The translations under genes and the position numbers were made by a program. Positions 13,889-25,800 of a DNA stretch of 64,000 bases are shown in pieces. Origin of the DNA: Rebecca billardiae RCC1528 (lineage: Eukaryota; Protista; Haptophyta); assembly GCA_965240325.2 (NCBI GenBank), contig OZ251236.1:1178001-1242000 (forward strand), read 5' to 3'. The notes under the pieces are model-generated. The model searched no databases, was not told where the DNA came from, and was given only the letters and a program-made list of their open reading frames with translations. How positions within the stretch are numbered: position 1 is the first letter of the stretch; each line of letters starts with the position of its first letter.

Positions 13889-15189
13889 TCGGGCGGCGCG
13901 CCACCCGTCGTCGTGGCGGTGGCGCTGGCCACGCTCTCGGAGCAGGGTGCGCTGCGCCGCGCGACGCTCGGCGCAGGCGCGGCGGACGCGCGCGCCGAGC
14001 TCGGCGGCGCGTCCGCCCTATCCCCGCGCGCCCGCTTTCCGCTCGACCCGCCGCGGCTGCAGCGGCTGGCGGTGCCGCTGCCGCGGACAGCGGCGCAGGG
14101 CGATGGGTGGCGGGCTGGCGCGGGCGGCGGCGCTGAGCTCGAGCTGTCGGCCTCGCTCTCCGCGCACGGCGGCAGCCGGGTGCTGCTCCTCACCGAGCCA
14201 GCCGAGTGCAGCCGCGCCGACGGCGCCGAGGGTGACGGCCATGCGGCGGCGCAGCCGGCCGGCGGCGCGGCGGCGCTCGGCGGCGCGGCGCGCGGCGCGG
14301 CGTGCGCGGCGTGCGCGGCCGTGTCGGCGTGCGGCGCGGCGTGCGCGCGCACGCCCTCAGGCGCCGAGCCGCCGCCGCCCGCCGAGCCATGCGCCGCGCA
14401 GCTGTGCTCCCCCTCCTCCGCCGTCGCCGCGCTCGTCTCCGCGGCGCTCGAGCAGAGACTGCGTGCGACGGAGGCCGCCGCCGCCGCCGCGGCCGCGCCG
14501 CCCGGTGCGCCCGCGGCGGGGGCGGGGGCGGGGGCGGAGGCGGGGGCGGAGGCGGAGGCAGAGGCGGAGGCGGAGGCGGGCGAGGAGGCGGCCGCGCCGC
14601 AGGCCGACGCCGCGACTCCGCCGCGCGGCGGCGGTGGCATCGATGGCGAGGCGCCCGCGGCAGCCGCGCCCGCGGCCAAGCCGGCGGGCGCCGCGCACCC
14701 TCCGGTGCTGGCGCTGCGCGCGCGCGCTCCGCCGCCCGCGCGCGCGCCGCGCCGCGTGCGCTTCAGCACGCGCGTGCGCTCGCTCAGCGCCGTGCTGAGT
14801 GACGGGCCCGAGACGGCGGCGGGCGGCGGCGGCAGCGGCGGCGGCCCGCCCGCGCACTCGGCCGCGCGCGCCGCGCCCCTCCTCCTCCACCTCCACGCAC
14901 AAGACGTGGCGCTACGCTGGGAGCACCGCGCAGGCGGCGCGCTCGAGCCGCCGCCCGCGCAGCTGCCGCCACCGCTGGCGGCCGCGGCGGCGTGCGCGCT
15001 CGCCAGCCTGCCCGCGGGCAGCGAGGGCCGCGTGTCGGTGCGCGTGGCGCGCGCGCAGCTGGACAACCACACGCCGGGCTGCGAGCTGCCCGTCGTGCTC
15101 AGCATGCAGGACGGCGCGCAGCCGGCGCGCGCGGGCGACGCGGGCGGCGCGGGCGGCACGGGCGGCGCCGACGACGAGCGCTCGTCTGC

Positions 15190-15237
<48 letters not shown>

Positions 15238-15571
15238 GCGGCCGTGCGTCGAGCTGTTCGCGTCGTGGTGCCACGAGCCGCCGCCGCTGCGCACGCTGCG
15301 CGCGCTCTCGTGCGGCCTCGACGCGGCGCGCGCCGCGCCCGCGCCCGACGCCGCCGCCGCCGCCGCGGCCGCCGCGGCCGCCGCCTTTGGGCGCGAGTGC
15401 GCGCTGCCGTTGCGCGCGCGCGTGCGGCTGCTGAGCGCGAGCGTGGCGCCGCTGCACCTGGGGCTGGAGGGGCGCGCGCTCGCGCAGGCGGTGCGCGCGG
15501 GGCATCGGCTGCGCGCGGCGGCCACGCGCCCGCGCGCCGCCGCCGCAGACGCCGACATCGCCGCGGGCGCG

Positions 15572-15625
<54 letters not shown>

Positions 15626-16435
15626 TGCGGCGTGTGCGCGGCCGAGCGCGCGACGCTCGCCCGCGCGGTGGGCGCGTGCCGGGAGCGGCGCGTGCTGATC
15701 GAGTGCCTGCTGCTGTCCGAGCTGCGGCTGCTGCTCACGGTGCGCGGCGCGGTGGGCTCGGTGCACGCGGGCACGCACCGCGCGCCGCTGCGCTTCGGCG
15801 AGGTCTCGGCACGCGGCCTGCTGCACGCGCCTCGCCAGCTCGCTCACGGCCTGGCCGCGACTTACGCCGCCGACGCTGTGCTCCGGGCGCCGCTGCTGAT
15901 CGGCTCGCTCGAGCTGCTGGGCAACCCGACGCGGCTGCTGGGCTCGCTGCTGCAGGGGCTGCGCGACCTGGTCTCGCTGCCCGTCTCCGGGCTGCGCCGC
16001 GCGGGGCCGCTTGGGCTGCTCGGCGGGCTGCAACGCGGTCTCCTCTCCCTCGCACGACACACGTCAGACGGCGCGCTCAGCTCGGTGCACGGCCTCAGCG
16101 CGGGCGTGGCGCGCAATCTGGCGGGGCCCGAGGCGGAGGGGGCGGGCGGCGCGCTGAGGCTCGACCGCGCGCTCGCGCACGGCGCGCGCGAGCTGGGCAG
16201 CGGCGTCGTCGGCGGCGTCGCCGGGCTCGTCGTCGAGCCGATCCGCGGCGCGGCGCACGGCGGCGTGCGCGGGCTGCTGCGAGGCGTCGGCGTCGGCGCG
16301 GTGGGCGTGGTCGCGCGGCCGCTCGGCGGCGCGATGCGGCTGGTGAGCGCGACCTCGCTCGGGCTGCTGCACACGATCTCGCCGCGCGACTCGGCGGTCG
16401 TCGCGCGCGCGCCCTTCGACGACGAGTCGTCGTGA
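3026..16435 (+). CDS. VPS13B: VPS13B (COH1)-like bridge-like lipid transfer protein, 4469 aa, single ORF
   Basis: Chorein-N (RYIK..LRLSLWGGDIVL..GYIKELCIHIPWAKLSSEP); VPS13B-type segments LLRK..DLTVCLD..FYEQPVL and WVAWRYAWPRAVT; C-terminal VPS13_C/ATG2_C region (YAADAVLRAPLLIGSLELLGNP; GVAGLVVEPIRGA..GVGVGAVGVVARPLGG). Confidence 0.9.
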
Positions 16436-16586
16436 GGAGTAGGCCGATCGTCAGAGGCGGTACATGATCCCGAACTGACAGACAGGGCGCGTGCCGACTA
16501 CGCGCATCACTCATGATGACGAATATTCATCGTATCGTGATGATCGATTCGTCGTCGATCCGACTGGCATCAGGCGCTGCACGCAC

Positions 16587-16669
16587 GGGCTGGCCAGGGT
16601 AGGGACTAGGGCTGGAGGCTTCGGCCGCCAGCCTGATCACTCCCGGAGCCCGTTATAAAGGGGAATTTA
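16587..16669 (+). repeat. Dispersed repeat fragment, inverted copy of 44050-44123
   Basis: gggctggccagggtaggg...ggaggcttcggccgccag.ctgatcac..ccggagcccgttataaaggggaattta matches the reverse complement of 44050-44123 apart from two small insertions and one substitution. Confidence 0.85.
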
Positions 16670-16677
16670 CACGCTGC

Positions 16678-16810
<133 letters not shown>

Positions 16811-17024
16811 TGATGCCGTTACGTACGTACTACTTGTGCATGTATCATACTACTACGCCGTACGACCTGCTACTTAGCTGAACTATCAGTCGTAGTGTCA
16901 GGCCCCGCGATATGAAGAACGAATAAATATAATCCATATCGTCATCAGTATTCGTCGTCATCAGCGACGACATATTATTGATGCATGTCGCGTCATCAGC
17001 ATCATCACCATGCGCGCACGGCAA

Positions 17025-19239
17025 TCACACCCACACAGAGCTCCGCCGGGGCGACGGCAACTGCGACGACGGCGCCGACGGCGGCGCCAGGCCCGGCGTG
17101 CTCACCGGCTTGTGCCACGGCTCGAGGCCCGGGAACACCTTGATCGACGTGCCCGCAGACTCGGAGATCTCGAGCCGCTTGGCGTGGTACTCCTTCATCA
17201 GCTGGCCCGCCGTCTTGGGCGTGAGCGACACGGAGCGGCGGCGGGAGGAGGAGGACGTGGCAGAGGCGGACGAGCCGCGCCGGGCGCGCCGCTCCGCGAG
17301 CGCGCGGCTCGGCTCCGCGCGCTCGTCCATCGAGCCGGTCGACGAGCGGCGCGCGTCGTCGCGCCGGCGGCGCGCCGTGCCGCGCTCCGCGAGGTTGGCA
17401 CTCGAGCCGCGCCGCGTCGGCGCGGCCGAGTTTGCGGCCGAGCTCAGCGCGGAGGAGGGCGCGCTGCCCCGGCGCTGCCTGGTGCCGCCGCCGCCCTGCG
17501 CGTGCGCCGAATAGGGCTCCCAGCTGCGGATCGCACGCAGCGTCGAGAAGAGCGCCGAGGCGTGCGCGGACGTCGCAGACGCGGCGGGCGGCGTGAGCGG
17601 CAGCAGCACCATCGCACACCCCTTGGTGAGCGGCGGCGTGCGGCGCGCGCGCGCCGCCCGCCACATGCGTGCAAACACCCGTGCACACGCGAGCCGGCCG
17701 CGTGCGAGCTGCCAGAGATCGGCGCCCGCGCGCGTGACGACGATGCGGATGTCGCGGCCCGAGCGCGTGACCGCCGCGCCGCGCCGCCGCGCCGCCAGCA
17801 CGGCCGCCGCCTCCGCCGCCGAGCGCGGGCGCGCGGGCGGCGCGCGCCGGCGCACCGTCCAGCCATCGCCCACGTCGTCGTCGGAGTCGTCACACGAGGA
17901 GGAGGAGGAGGAGGAGGAGGTGTCCGGCTCGCCGAGCGCGCGCGGCGCCGGCGTGATGATGATCGGGATGCCCGGCAGCGAGTGCCGGCGCTCGCGACCG
18001 CTGGCGCGCCTCTCCTCGCCCTCGCCCGCCGCGCCACCGCCGGAGGGCAGCGAGTGGCGCCGGAGGTGCGCGCGCGCGCTCAGAGGCGCACAGTCAGCGC
18101 CCGAGCCGTCAGCGCCCGCGCCGTCGGCGCCGGCCGTCGAGCTTGGGCTGGGCGCGGTGGGCGTTGGGCCGGGCCCTGAGCCGTCGCCGGGCTTTGAGCC
18201 TGCGCCTGTCCCGTTCACACCGCCCGACTCGAATGGCACGACCTGTGTGCTGGCCGCGGCCGCGCCGGTCGGCGCCGAGCCCACGGCGGCGGCGGCTGCG
18301 GCAGCGCTCTGCGCGCCGTCCGATGCGCCGGCAGCGGCGCCGCCGCCGGCGAGAAGCGAGCCGGCCTTCTCCGTGCCGCTCAGCCGAATGGGCGCCAGCC
18401 GAGGGCGACCGTCCTTGTCTCCTGGCGCGGCCGCGTGCACCACGCGCTGCCACTCGACCTCCTGCGTAATCCGGCTGCTCGCGGCGAGGCGCGGCGAGGG
18501 GCGGCGCGCGCGCGGCGCCGGGGCGCGCGAGCGGGCGCGTGCGGAGGTGAGGCGAGGCGCGTCGCGCGCGGCGTCCGCCCGCCCTCCGCCGCCCACGCCG
18601 CCCGCCCTCCCTCCGCCCGCTCCCACGCGCCCTCGCGCCCCCGCGCGCGCACCGGAACAACTTGGACGTGAAGGCCACGTACTCGTGCGCGCTCAGCTCG
18701 GCCGTCCACACGTCCGCGAGCGACCAGAGCGCATGCGCAAACTGGTCGAGGGAGACGCCGTCGAGGCGGGGCCTGGCGCCGCGCGGGGCGGGTGTGCCCT
18801 CGGGCGTGCGCCGCGCGTCCTCCGCCCAGTCCTGCTGCGCCACGCGGTACGCCTCCCACCGGCTCAGCTCGGGCGCCAACGCCTGCGCCATCTTGAGGTG
18901 GATCGCAAAGTACTGCTCCCGGCTCATCAGCTCGTCGCCGCGCAGGCCGATCGCGCCGAAGTAGGCCTTGGCCGCGCGGCGGAAGTCGGGGAAGGTCTCG
19001 GCGCGCAGCGCCTCCCGCCGCGCCGCCGCGTCCGGCTCGTCCCACGCCGCGTCGCCCTGCAGCCGGTACGGCGTGAGCGCGTCGTCGAGCTCGCCGAGCG
19101 CCCGCGCCTTTTCGAACGAGAACTCGGTGGAGTCGGTGCGCTTGGGGGGCTTGCCGTGTGGCAGGATGCGCCGCTCGGCGATGGGCGCGACCTTGCGCGA
19201 GGAGCTTGGCTTGGAGCGGAGCGAGGTCGCCCAGTTCAT
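17025..19239 (-). CDS. Uncharacterised protein with N-terminal EF-hand-like helical domain and long disordered C-terminus; exons 19239-18653 and 18474-17025
   Basis: Globular segment MSREQYFAIHLKMAQAL..AQQDWAED..SLDQFAHALWSLADVWT..EYVAFTSKLF is joined in frame to RITQEVEW by a GTGCGC...GCAG intron at 18652-18475. The EF-hand likeness is my impression. Confidence 0.65.
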
Positions 19240-19857
19240 CGTGGCGGGGCGTGTCGCGCGCGTCGAGTTGACGGCCGGGCGTGAGGGCGAGGCGTGTTCG
19301 CGCGCGAGGCGCTCGAGCGGAATAATCGAACGATTGTGCGGAAAGCACCACCCGTCAACCCCGTTTCGTCGCCTCGCTCTTTTTGGCGCGGTCGTTTGGC
19401 CGTGTTCGTGGACGCCAGCCCACACTGCGCAGGCGAGATCGCCATCGGGTTTGGGCGAATGCGTGGTTTAGCGCGGTGAGGAGCTTTCCTTCAGATACTG
19501 TGGTGTCTTTGTGCAGTGTTGGATGGCGTCAATCACGCCTTAACCAAGTGTGCACGTTAAAACATACAGTAGTAAACTGTATGTTCTCCACTTCTCCTTC
19601 TCCAACTGGGTACTGTAACTGGTACAGTAAGGGTCGCCTGATTGAGTAGACTAGTAACTAGTAAGACTACCCGGTCACCGTGCCATGCCATCAAGGGCGG
19701 CCGATGGCGAGCGGCCCCCCGACCCTGGCATGAGGCATCAGCGGAGACCAGATGACTGATGACGACGAGACTGATGACACTCGGCGGGACTGTCGCCGTC
19801 ACGGGGCCGCGCGGTCGACCGCCTGCTGCTGGCGGGAGTCAGCGCGCACGTCTTAGT

Positions 19858-22800
19858 CTACTTGTCCGCCGGTGCCGCCGCCGCCACCACCACGACCGCG
19901 CTGCCATTGTCGTCGCTAGCGTCCTCCCCCTCCCTCGCGTCCCTCCCGCCGTCCATCTCCTCGGCTGAGTCCACGCCGGCGTAAAGGTACTCGGCGCGGC
20001 GAGCATCGGCGCAGCCCGCGTCGCCGTCCGGCCGGTCGGCGGCGGCGCCGTCCTCGGCCATGTCCTCGTCCTCCGCGGACGGGTCGCCCTCGGAGCGCGT
20101 GACGCGGCGCCTGCCGCGGCGCGCGGCGACCGGCCTGTTGCGCAGCACGCGGCCGAAGAGGCCGAGCCCAGGCGAGTCGCCCGCCGCCGCCTGCCCCGAG
20201 CAGATGCCGCTGCGGCTGCGGCGCAGCCGGATGGCCGCGTCGGCGCGCTCGTCCGAGCCCAAGCCTGGCGAGGCGCCGGGCGTGCGGCGCTGCGGCGGCG
20301 ACGGGTTGAGCGAGGCGGCGCAGCGCGCGTCGAACCTGGGGCGGGCCGACACGCCGGGCGTCGTGTTCGCGGGCGAGAGGAGCACGCACGGCCGCTGCCC
20401 CTGCCCGCCGGGCGTCGAGATGCCGGGCGTCGAGGGGACCGACGCACGGCTGTCGGCCCTCGCGAGCGCGAGCCGACCGCTGCCAGCGCACGAGCTCGCG
20501 CCCGCGGGCGTGCCGTCGCCGCCGCCGCCGGTGAGTACGGAGAGCTTGCGCACGCGCGGCGCCTGCACGAGCGCGTGCTGCACGCGCGCGAGGCACCGCC
20601 CCATCTCCGCGCGCAGGCACGTGTTGAACGGCTCGAAGCCCATCTCCGAGTCGATGGCTCCGAGGATGGTCGCCAGGTCTGCCGGCACGGACGCCTCCGC
20701 GCGCCGGGCGTCGATGGTCGTCATCGCGCGCTCGACGCGCGCGTCGCCCTGCGCGAGCGCGCGGTAGAAGGCGGTGGACTCGCGCTGGCACATGGTGAGC
20801 GCCACGTCGCACCGGTGCTGGAACGCGTGCAGCAGCTCGTACAGGCACCACACGCGCGTGAGGCACAGCGGCCGGTCCCACGGCTCGACGACCAGCGCCA
20901 CGCGCCCGACCGCCTTCACGAGCGCCGGGATGTGCTGCACCGCGCGCACGACGCGCGACTGCGGGATGGAGAAGACGTCGAGCCAGTACACGTGCTCCCG
21001 CGCGCGGAGGGGCTCGGGCCCGCCGCCGAGCGCGCCGAGCCCGCCCACCACGCCGCACGCGGCGGGGTAGCACGGCGAGAAGCGCCGCGCGCTCGGCGGC
21101 GAGGGCGCCGCGCACGCCGAGCCTCCCACGCCGCCGAGCGCGGCCGCGACCCGACCCTTGAACCCTCCTGGCCGGCCTGAGGGCGTGCACGGCGAGAAGT
21201 GCGGGGTCGCGCCGCACTCCGCGCCGGCTGGGTCGGGCGAGTGCTGCTCGGCCACCGCGGGGTGCGCCGCCTCGTACTGCGCCAGCGCGTCCACCAGGTT
21301 GGCGAACGGCAGCGCCTGCGCGTGCGATACGAACACAGACGCCACGCCCACGCCCGACAGGCGAGGGTCCACGTCTGCGCGCCGGCACTCGTCGAGGCAG
21401 TCCGCGACGAGCGAGCGGCCGGTGCGCGCGGTGAGCTGCGCGACGAGCGCGCCCACGTCGCGCGTGAGCGCCTCCGCGCCGATCCCGTGCTCCGCGACGA
21501 ACTGGTGGATGAACGAGAGCGTCACTCCCAGGAACAGCTCCCGCTCGGGCGCGCCCGGCGAGCCCGCGCGCCCGGCTGAAGTTGGGCGCGAGCCGGGCGC
21601 GCACCCGCCGCCGCCGACGTCGAGGGCGCCGCTGCCGGCGCGGCGCAGCGCGGACGGCGCGCGAGGCGCCGCGCCCCCGCGCCGCCGCCCGTGCAGCGCC
21701 GCGCCGATCGCGCTCGCCAGCCCGTCCACCGACGTGCGCGCGACGCGCGAGCGCGGCGTGTGCTGCACGCCGCTGCCGCTCGAAGCGGGCGAGCGCGCGC
21801 CGCCGGCCGCCGACTCGCCGCCGTGGTGGGAGCGGCCGCTGTCCTGCCGGGAGGAGGAGCGCGCCATGGCGGCGAGCGCGAGCACGCCCACCGGCGCCGG
21901 CCGCGGCGCCGCCGGCCGAGGCCCGGCGGGCGGATGCGGGATCAGCGGCGGCTGCGGCGGCGGCGGCGCGGCGGACTGCTGAGGCGGCTCGCGCGGCCGC
22001 GGCGGGAGCTCGGCGCGCGCGCGCGCGGCAACGCGCCCGGCCGCGGCGCTCGCGCGCGCCGCGACGGCCGGGTCGGAGCCGCGCGACTCGAGCGAGGAGC
22101 GGTTGGACAGCTGCTTCTCGGCCGTGTCACGCCGCGAGCGCGCGCACGGCGGCAGGATGATGGAGCGCGCGCACCCCGCGCCGCACGCGCCCACCCCGCC
22201 CTCCGCGCCGGCCGGCACGCGCAGCTCCGCGAGCCGCGCGCCCGCCGAAGGGCCGCTCGCGGCCGAGCGGCACGAGCCGCGCGAGGGCGCCGAGGGCAGC
22301 GAGGAGAGCGTCGGCTGCGAGGGCTGCGAGGGCAGCGACGACGAGAGCGCCGCGCAGGAGCCGACGGAGCAGCTGAGCGACCGCGCGCGCGCCGAGGGCG
22401 CAGCGGAGGGCGCCGAGGGCGCGGCAGAGGAGCCGCTGTGCGACAGCCCCGCGCCCGACGCTCCGGAGCTGCCGCCCGGCGCGAACGGGTCTTGGGGCTC
22501 GGGCTCGGGCTCGGCCGCCCGCTGCTCGCGCGGCTCGGCGCACAGGCCGGCGGGTGCCGCGGGCGACGGGGGCGACGCCGCCGCGGGCGCGCTCTGCCGA
22601 GCGTGACGGCCGGCCACGGCCGGGCACGCCAGCTGCACGTGCCCGCGCCCCTCGGAGGAGGAGGAGGACGTCTCGCCTGGCGAGGGCTCGGCTGAGCCGC
22701 AGCAGAAGCCTCGCGCCATCCCCGCCTCCACGTCCGCGCCCTCCGCCTCCGCGTCGCCCTCGCGCAGCGGCGAGGCGGGGGCCGAGCCGCCGCCCTCGGA

Positions 22801-25800
22801 CGGCTGACGCACCGGCCAGCGCAGCAGAGCGCTGAGCGGCGCGCCGGGCGGCGTGGCGGCGCGGCCGCTCCCCTCAGGCAGCTCCAAGTGCTGCGCGCTG
22901 CGCGGCGCGAGCGGGTGCTGCCGCGCGACCGCTGCCAGGTCGCGCGGTTGGCGGACCACGCGCCTCAGCTGCCGCCGGCCGAGCGAGAGGTTCACGCCGA
23001 GCGAGGCGGCGGTGGCGAAGGACGCGGCGGCGCTCGGCGGCGTGCCCGCGCCGCGCGGCGGCGTCCCCGCGCCGCTCCCGCCCCCGCCGCACGGCTTGAT
23101 CTCGTGGCCGGCCGAGCCGGCCGAACCGCCGAGCTCAGACGAGCTGCCGAGCGGCTCTGCGGAACGGCTGCGGCTGCGGCCGCTCGGCTTGTGCGCGCCC
23201 GGAGTGGAGCCAGACGCCGAGCTGCGCGAGAGCGGGCGGATGGGCGCGCCGCGCCGCGCGCGCGCGAGCGCGCACGACGCGCACGACCCGCCCGAGTGCA
23301 CCGCCGAGCGCGCGGACGAGCCCGCCGAGCGCGACGAGTGCGCGCTGGCGGTGGATCGGACCGACTGGCCGAGGGACGGCGCGCTGCCGTTGCCGGTCGA
23401 GAGGGCGTTGGCGGCCGTGCGCTCGGACGCCGTCGAGCGCGAGTGCGAGTGCGAGCGCGAGCGCGAGTGCGTGAGCGAGCGCGGCGCGGCGGCGGCGGCC
23501 TCCGCCGCGGCCACGTCCGACTCGCGCTGTCGCCGATGCGCACTGCCCGCGCTGCGCGCGCCGTCGCTGCCCGCGCGCGACGACACGCGCCGCGGCGAAG
23601 GCGAGCGTCCAAACGCGCGCACCGGAGCGGCGCCGGCGCCGTCGGCGCCCAGCTCGACGCCGCCGCCGCCGTCGGCGCCGTGCCACGCGGGCGCGGGCGC
23701 GGCGCGGCCGCTCCGCTCGCCGAGCGCGCGCGCGAGACGCGGCGAGAGCAGCGGCCGCGCCGCCGAGCCGTCGGCGCCCGGCGCGCGCGGCGAGACGAGC
23801 GGCCGCGCGGGCGACATGCGCGCGCCCGATTGGTGCAGGGGCGAGAACGGAATGACGCGCCCCGCGCCAGAGCCGCCGGAGGCCATGCCCACGGCGGGGG
23901 AGGCGCGCGCGCCGAGCGGCGTGCGCGCGCCGCGCGGCGAGGAGAGCGCGGAGCGCGGGCTGCCGCCGCCGCGCCGCGCGGAGCCCGCGCCGCCCGAAGG
24001 CCCCGAAGCAAGCAGCCGCTGCGCTAGCCGCTGCGAGCCCGTGCGCTCCGCGCACGCCGTGGAGGCGGGCGGCGCGCCGGCGGGCGTGTGCGGCAGGTCC
24101 CCGGACTCGTCGGGCGGCCGCTCGGCGGAGGGCGGCGTGTGCTCGGCCGTGCGCGCGCCCGCGCTGCCCCCGCCCCCGCCCGGCGGCTCGGAAGGCGCGC
24201 GCGAGCGGCCAGCGGGCGACGGCGGCGGCGGCGGCGCGCGCTGGCACCGGGGCCCGGCGCGCAGCCGCGCCGCCGCGCCCGTCTCCTCAGGCGGCGAGCC
24301 CGGCGGCGGCCTTGGCTTGAGCACAGCGCGGCGGCCGTGCTGCTGCGAGCACGCGTCGCCCACGGAGCCGCGCCGCCCGAGCCGGGCGCCTGCGCCGTCC
24401 GCGTGCGGCTGCGGCCAGCGCGAGCGCGCGGATCGCGCCGAGTCTGCGTCGTCGTCGGCGCGCGCCGCGCCGCGCGCCGTCCACGGGCGCACGGGCGAGG
24501 GGGGGCCTGAGGGCGTGCCGCTTCCGCCGCCGCCGCCGCCGCCGCTGCCCGGCAGCCGCAGCCGCTTGAGGATGGAGCTGGCGCCCGCTGCGGGCTTCAC
24601 GTCCGGCGAGCAGCGCGAGCCGGCCTTGCGCGCGGCCGGCGGCGGCTCGAGCGCTGGCATCAGCCGCCGCGCGGCGTTCGGTCTTTCCAGAGCAAGCACC
24701 TCGAAAGGGTCGACGAAGGTGCCTCCGCCGCCGCCGCCCCCGTCGGCGGCGGCCCCGGCGTCCGCGCACGCGCACGCGGCGGCGCGCGGGCTGAGCGGCT
24801 CAGCGCCCGCGCCGACCTCGGAGGAGGAGCTCTCGCGAGAGCCGAAGCGCTGCGCGGCGCTCCCGCTGCCGCCGCCGCTGTGCGCGCGGCCGCCCATGCT
24901 GCCGCTGCCGCCCGGCTCGTTGGGCGCGACGCGCGGCGCCGGGCGCGCGCGCCAGATGCACGCGGCCGTGAGCGCGCGCAGCCACATCGCCGCGCCCTCG
25001 ATCGGCCCGACGGGCGTGCGCTGCGAGCCGGGCCAGAAGGTGCGCACCTTGAGCAAGATGAGCGCCAGCTGCGCCGCCGCGTGCGCCGCGTGCAGCGAGA
25101 GCGACGACGCGGGCGTGCCGCCGTCCGCGCCCGCGACGAGCGCGCCGCCGAGCACGGCGGTGAGCAGCGTGAGCGCGGACGCCGCGGACGCGGTGCGCAC
25201 GAGCCGCCAGGCGAAGACGTCGTCGTGCCCGCTCGCGCGCTCGCGCTCACGCAGCCGCCGCGCGGCGCGCGCGCACGTCGTCAGCCCCGCTGCCGCGAGC
25301 ACGATTCGCGGCGCACACGTCGCAAACGTGCGGAGCAGCATCAGCTCCTGGCCGCCGCGCAGCCCGGCGCGCCGCCACTCGAGCCAGCGCAGCAGCGCGT
25401 CCGACGCGCCGAGGAACACGCCGCCCACGGCGACGGCGGCGCGCACGTTGATCGGCAGCGCGACCGAGAGCACGCCGTGGTGCGCCGCCACGCCGCGCGC
25501 GTAGTGCAGCAGCAGCAGCAGCGAAGCGTCCGCCAGCGGCAGCCCGACGGTGCGCATGCCGCGGCGCAGCCACGCGGGGTACCAGCCGCGCGGGTCGAGC
25601 TCGGGGTCGGCGAGCCACGCGAGGCACACGAGCGCCAGGCCCGCCTGCAAGCCCACGAGCACCTGCGGCAGTGTCGCGCGCAGCCCACCGTCCAGCCTCG
25701 CAAAGCCGACCAGCCGGACGATGCACTGCTCGAGGCAGTAGAGGGCGAGCAGCAGCAGCGCGCACGCGAGCGGGCGCCCGTACTCGCGCCAGGCGCGGAG

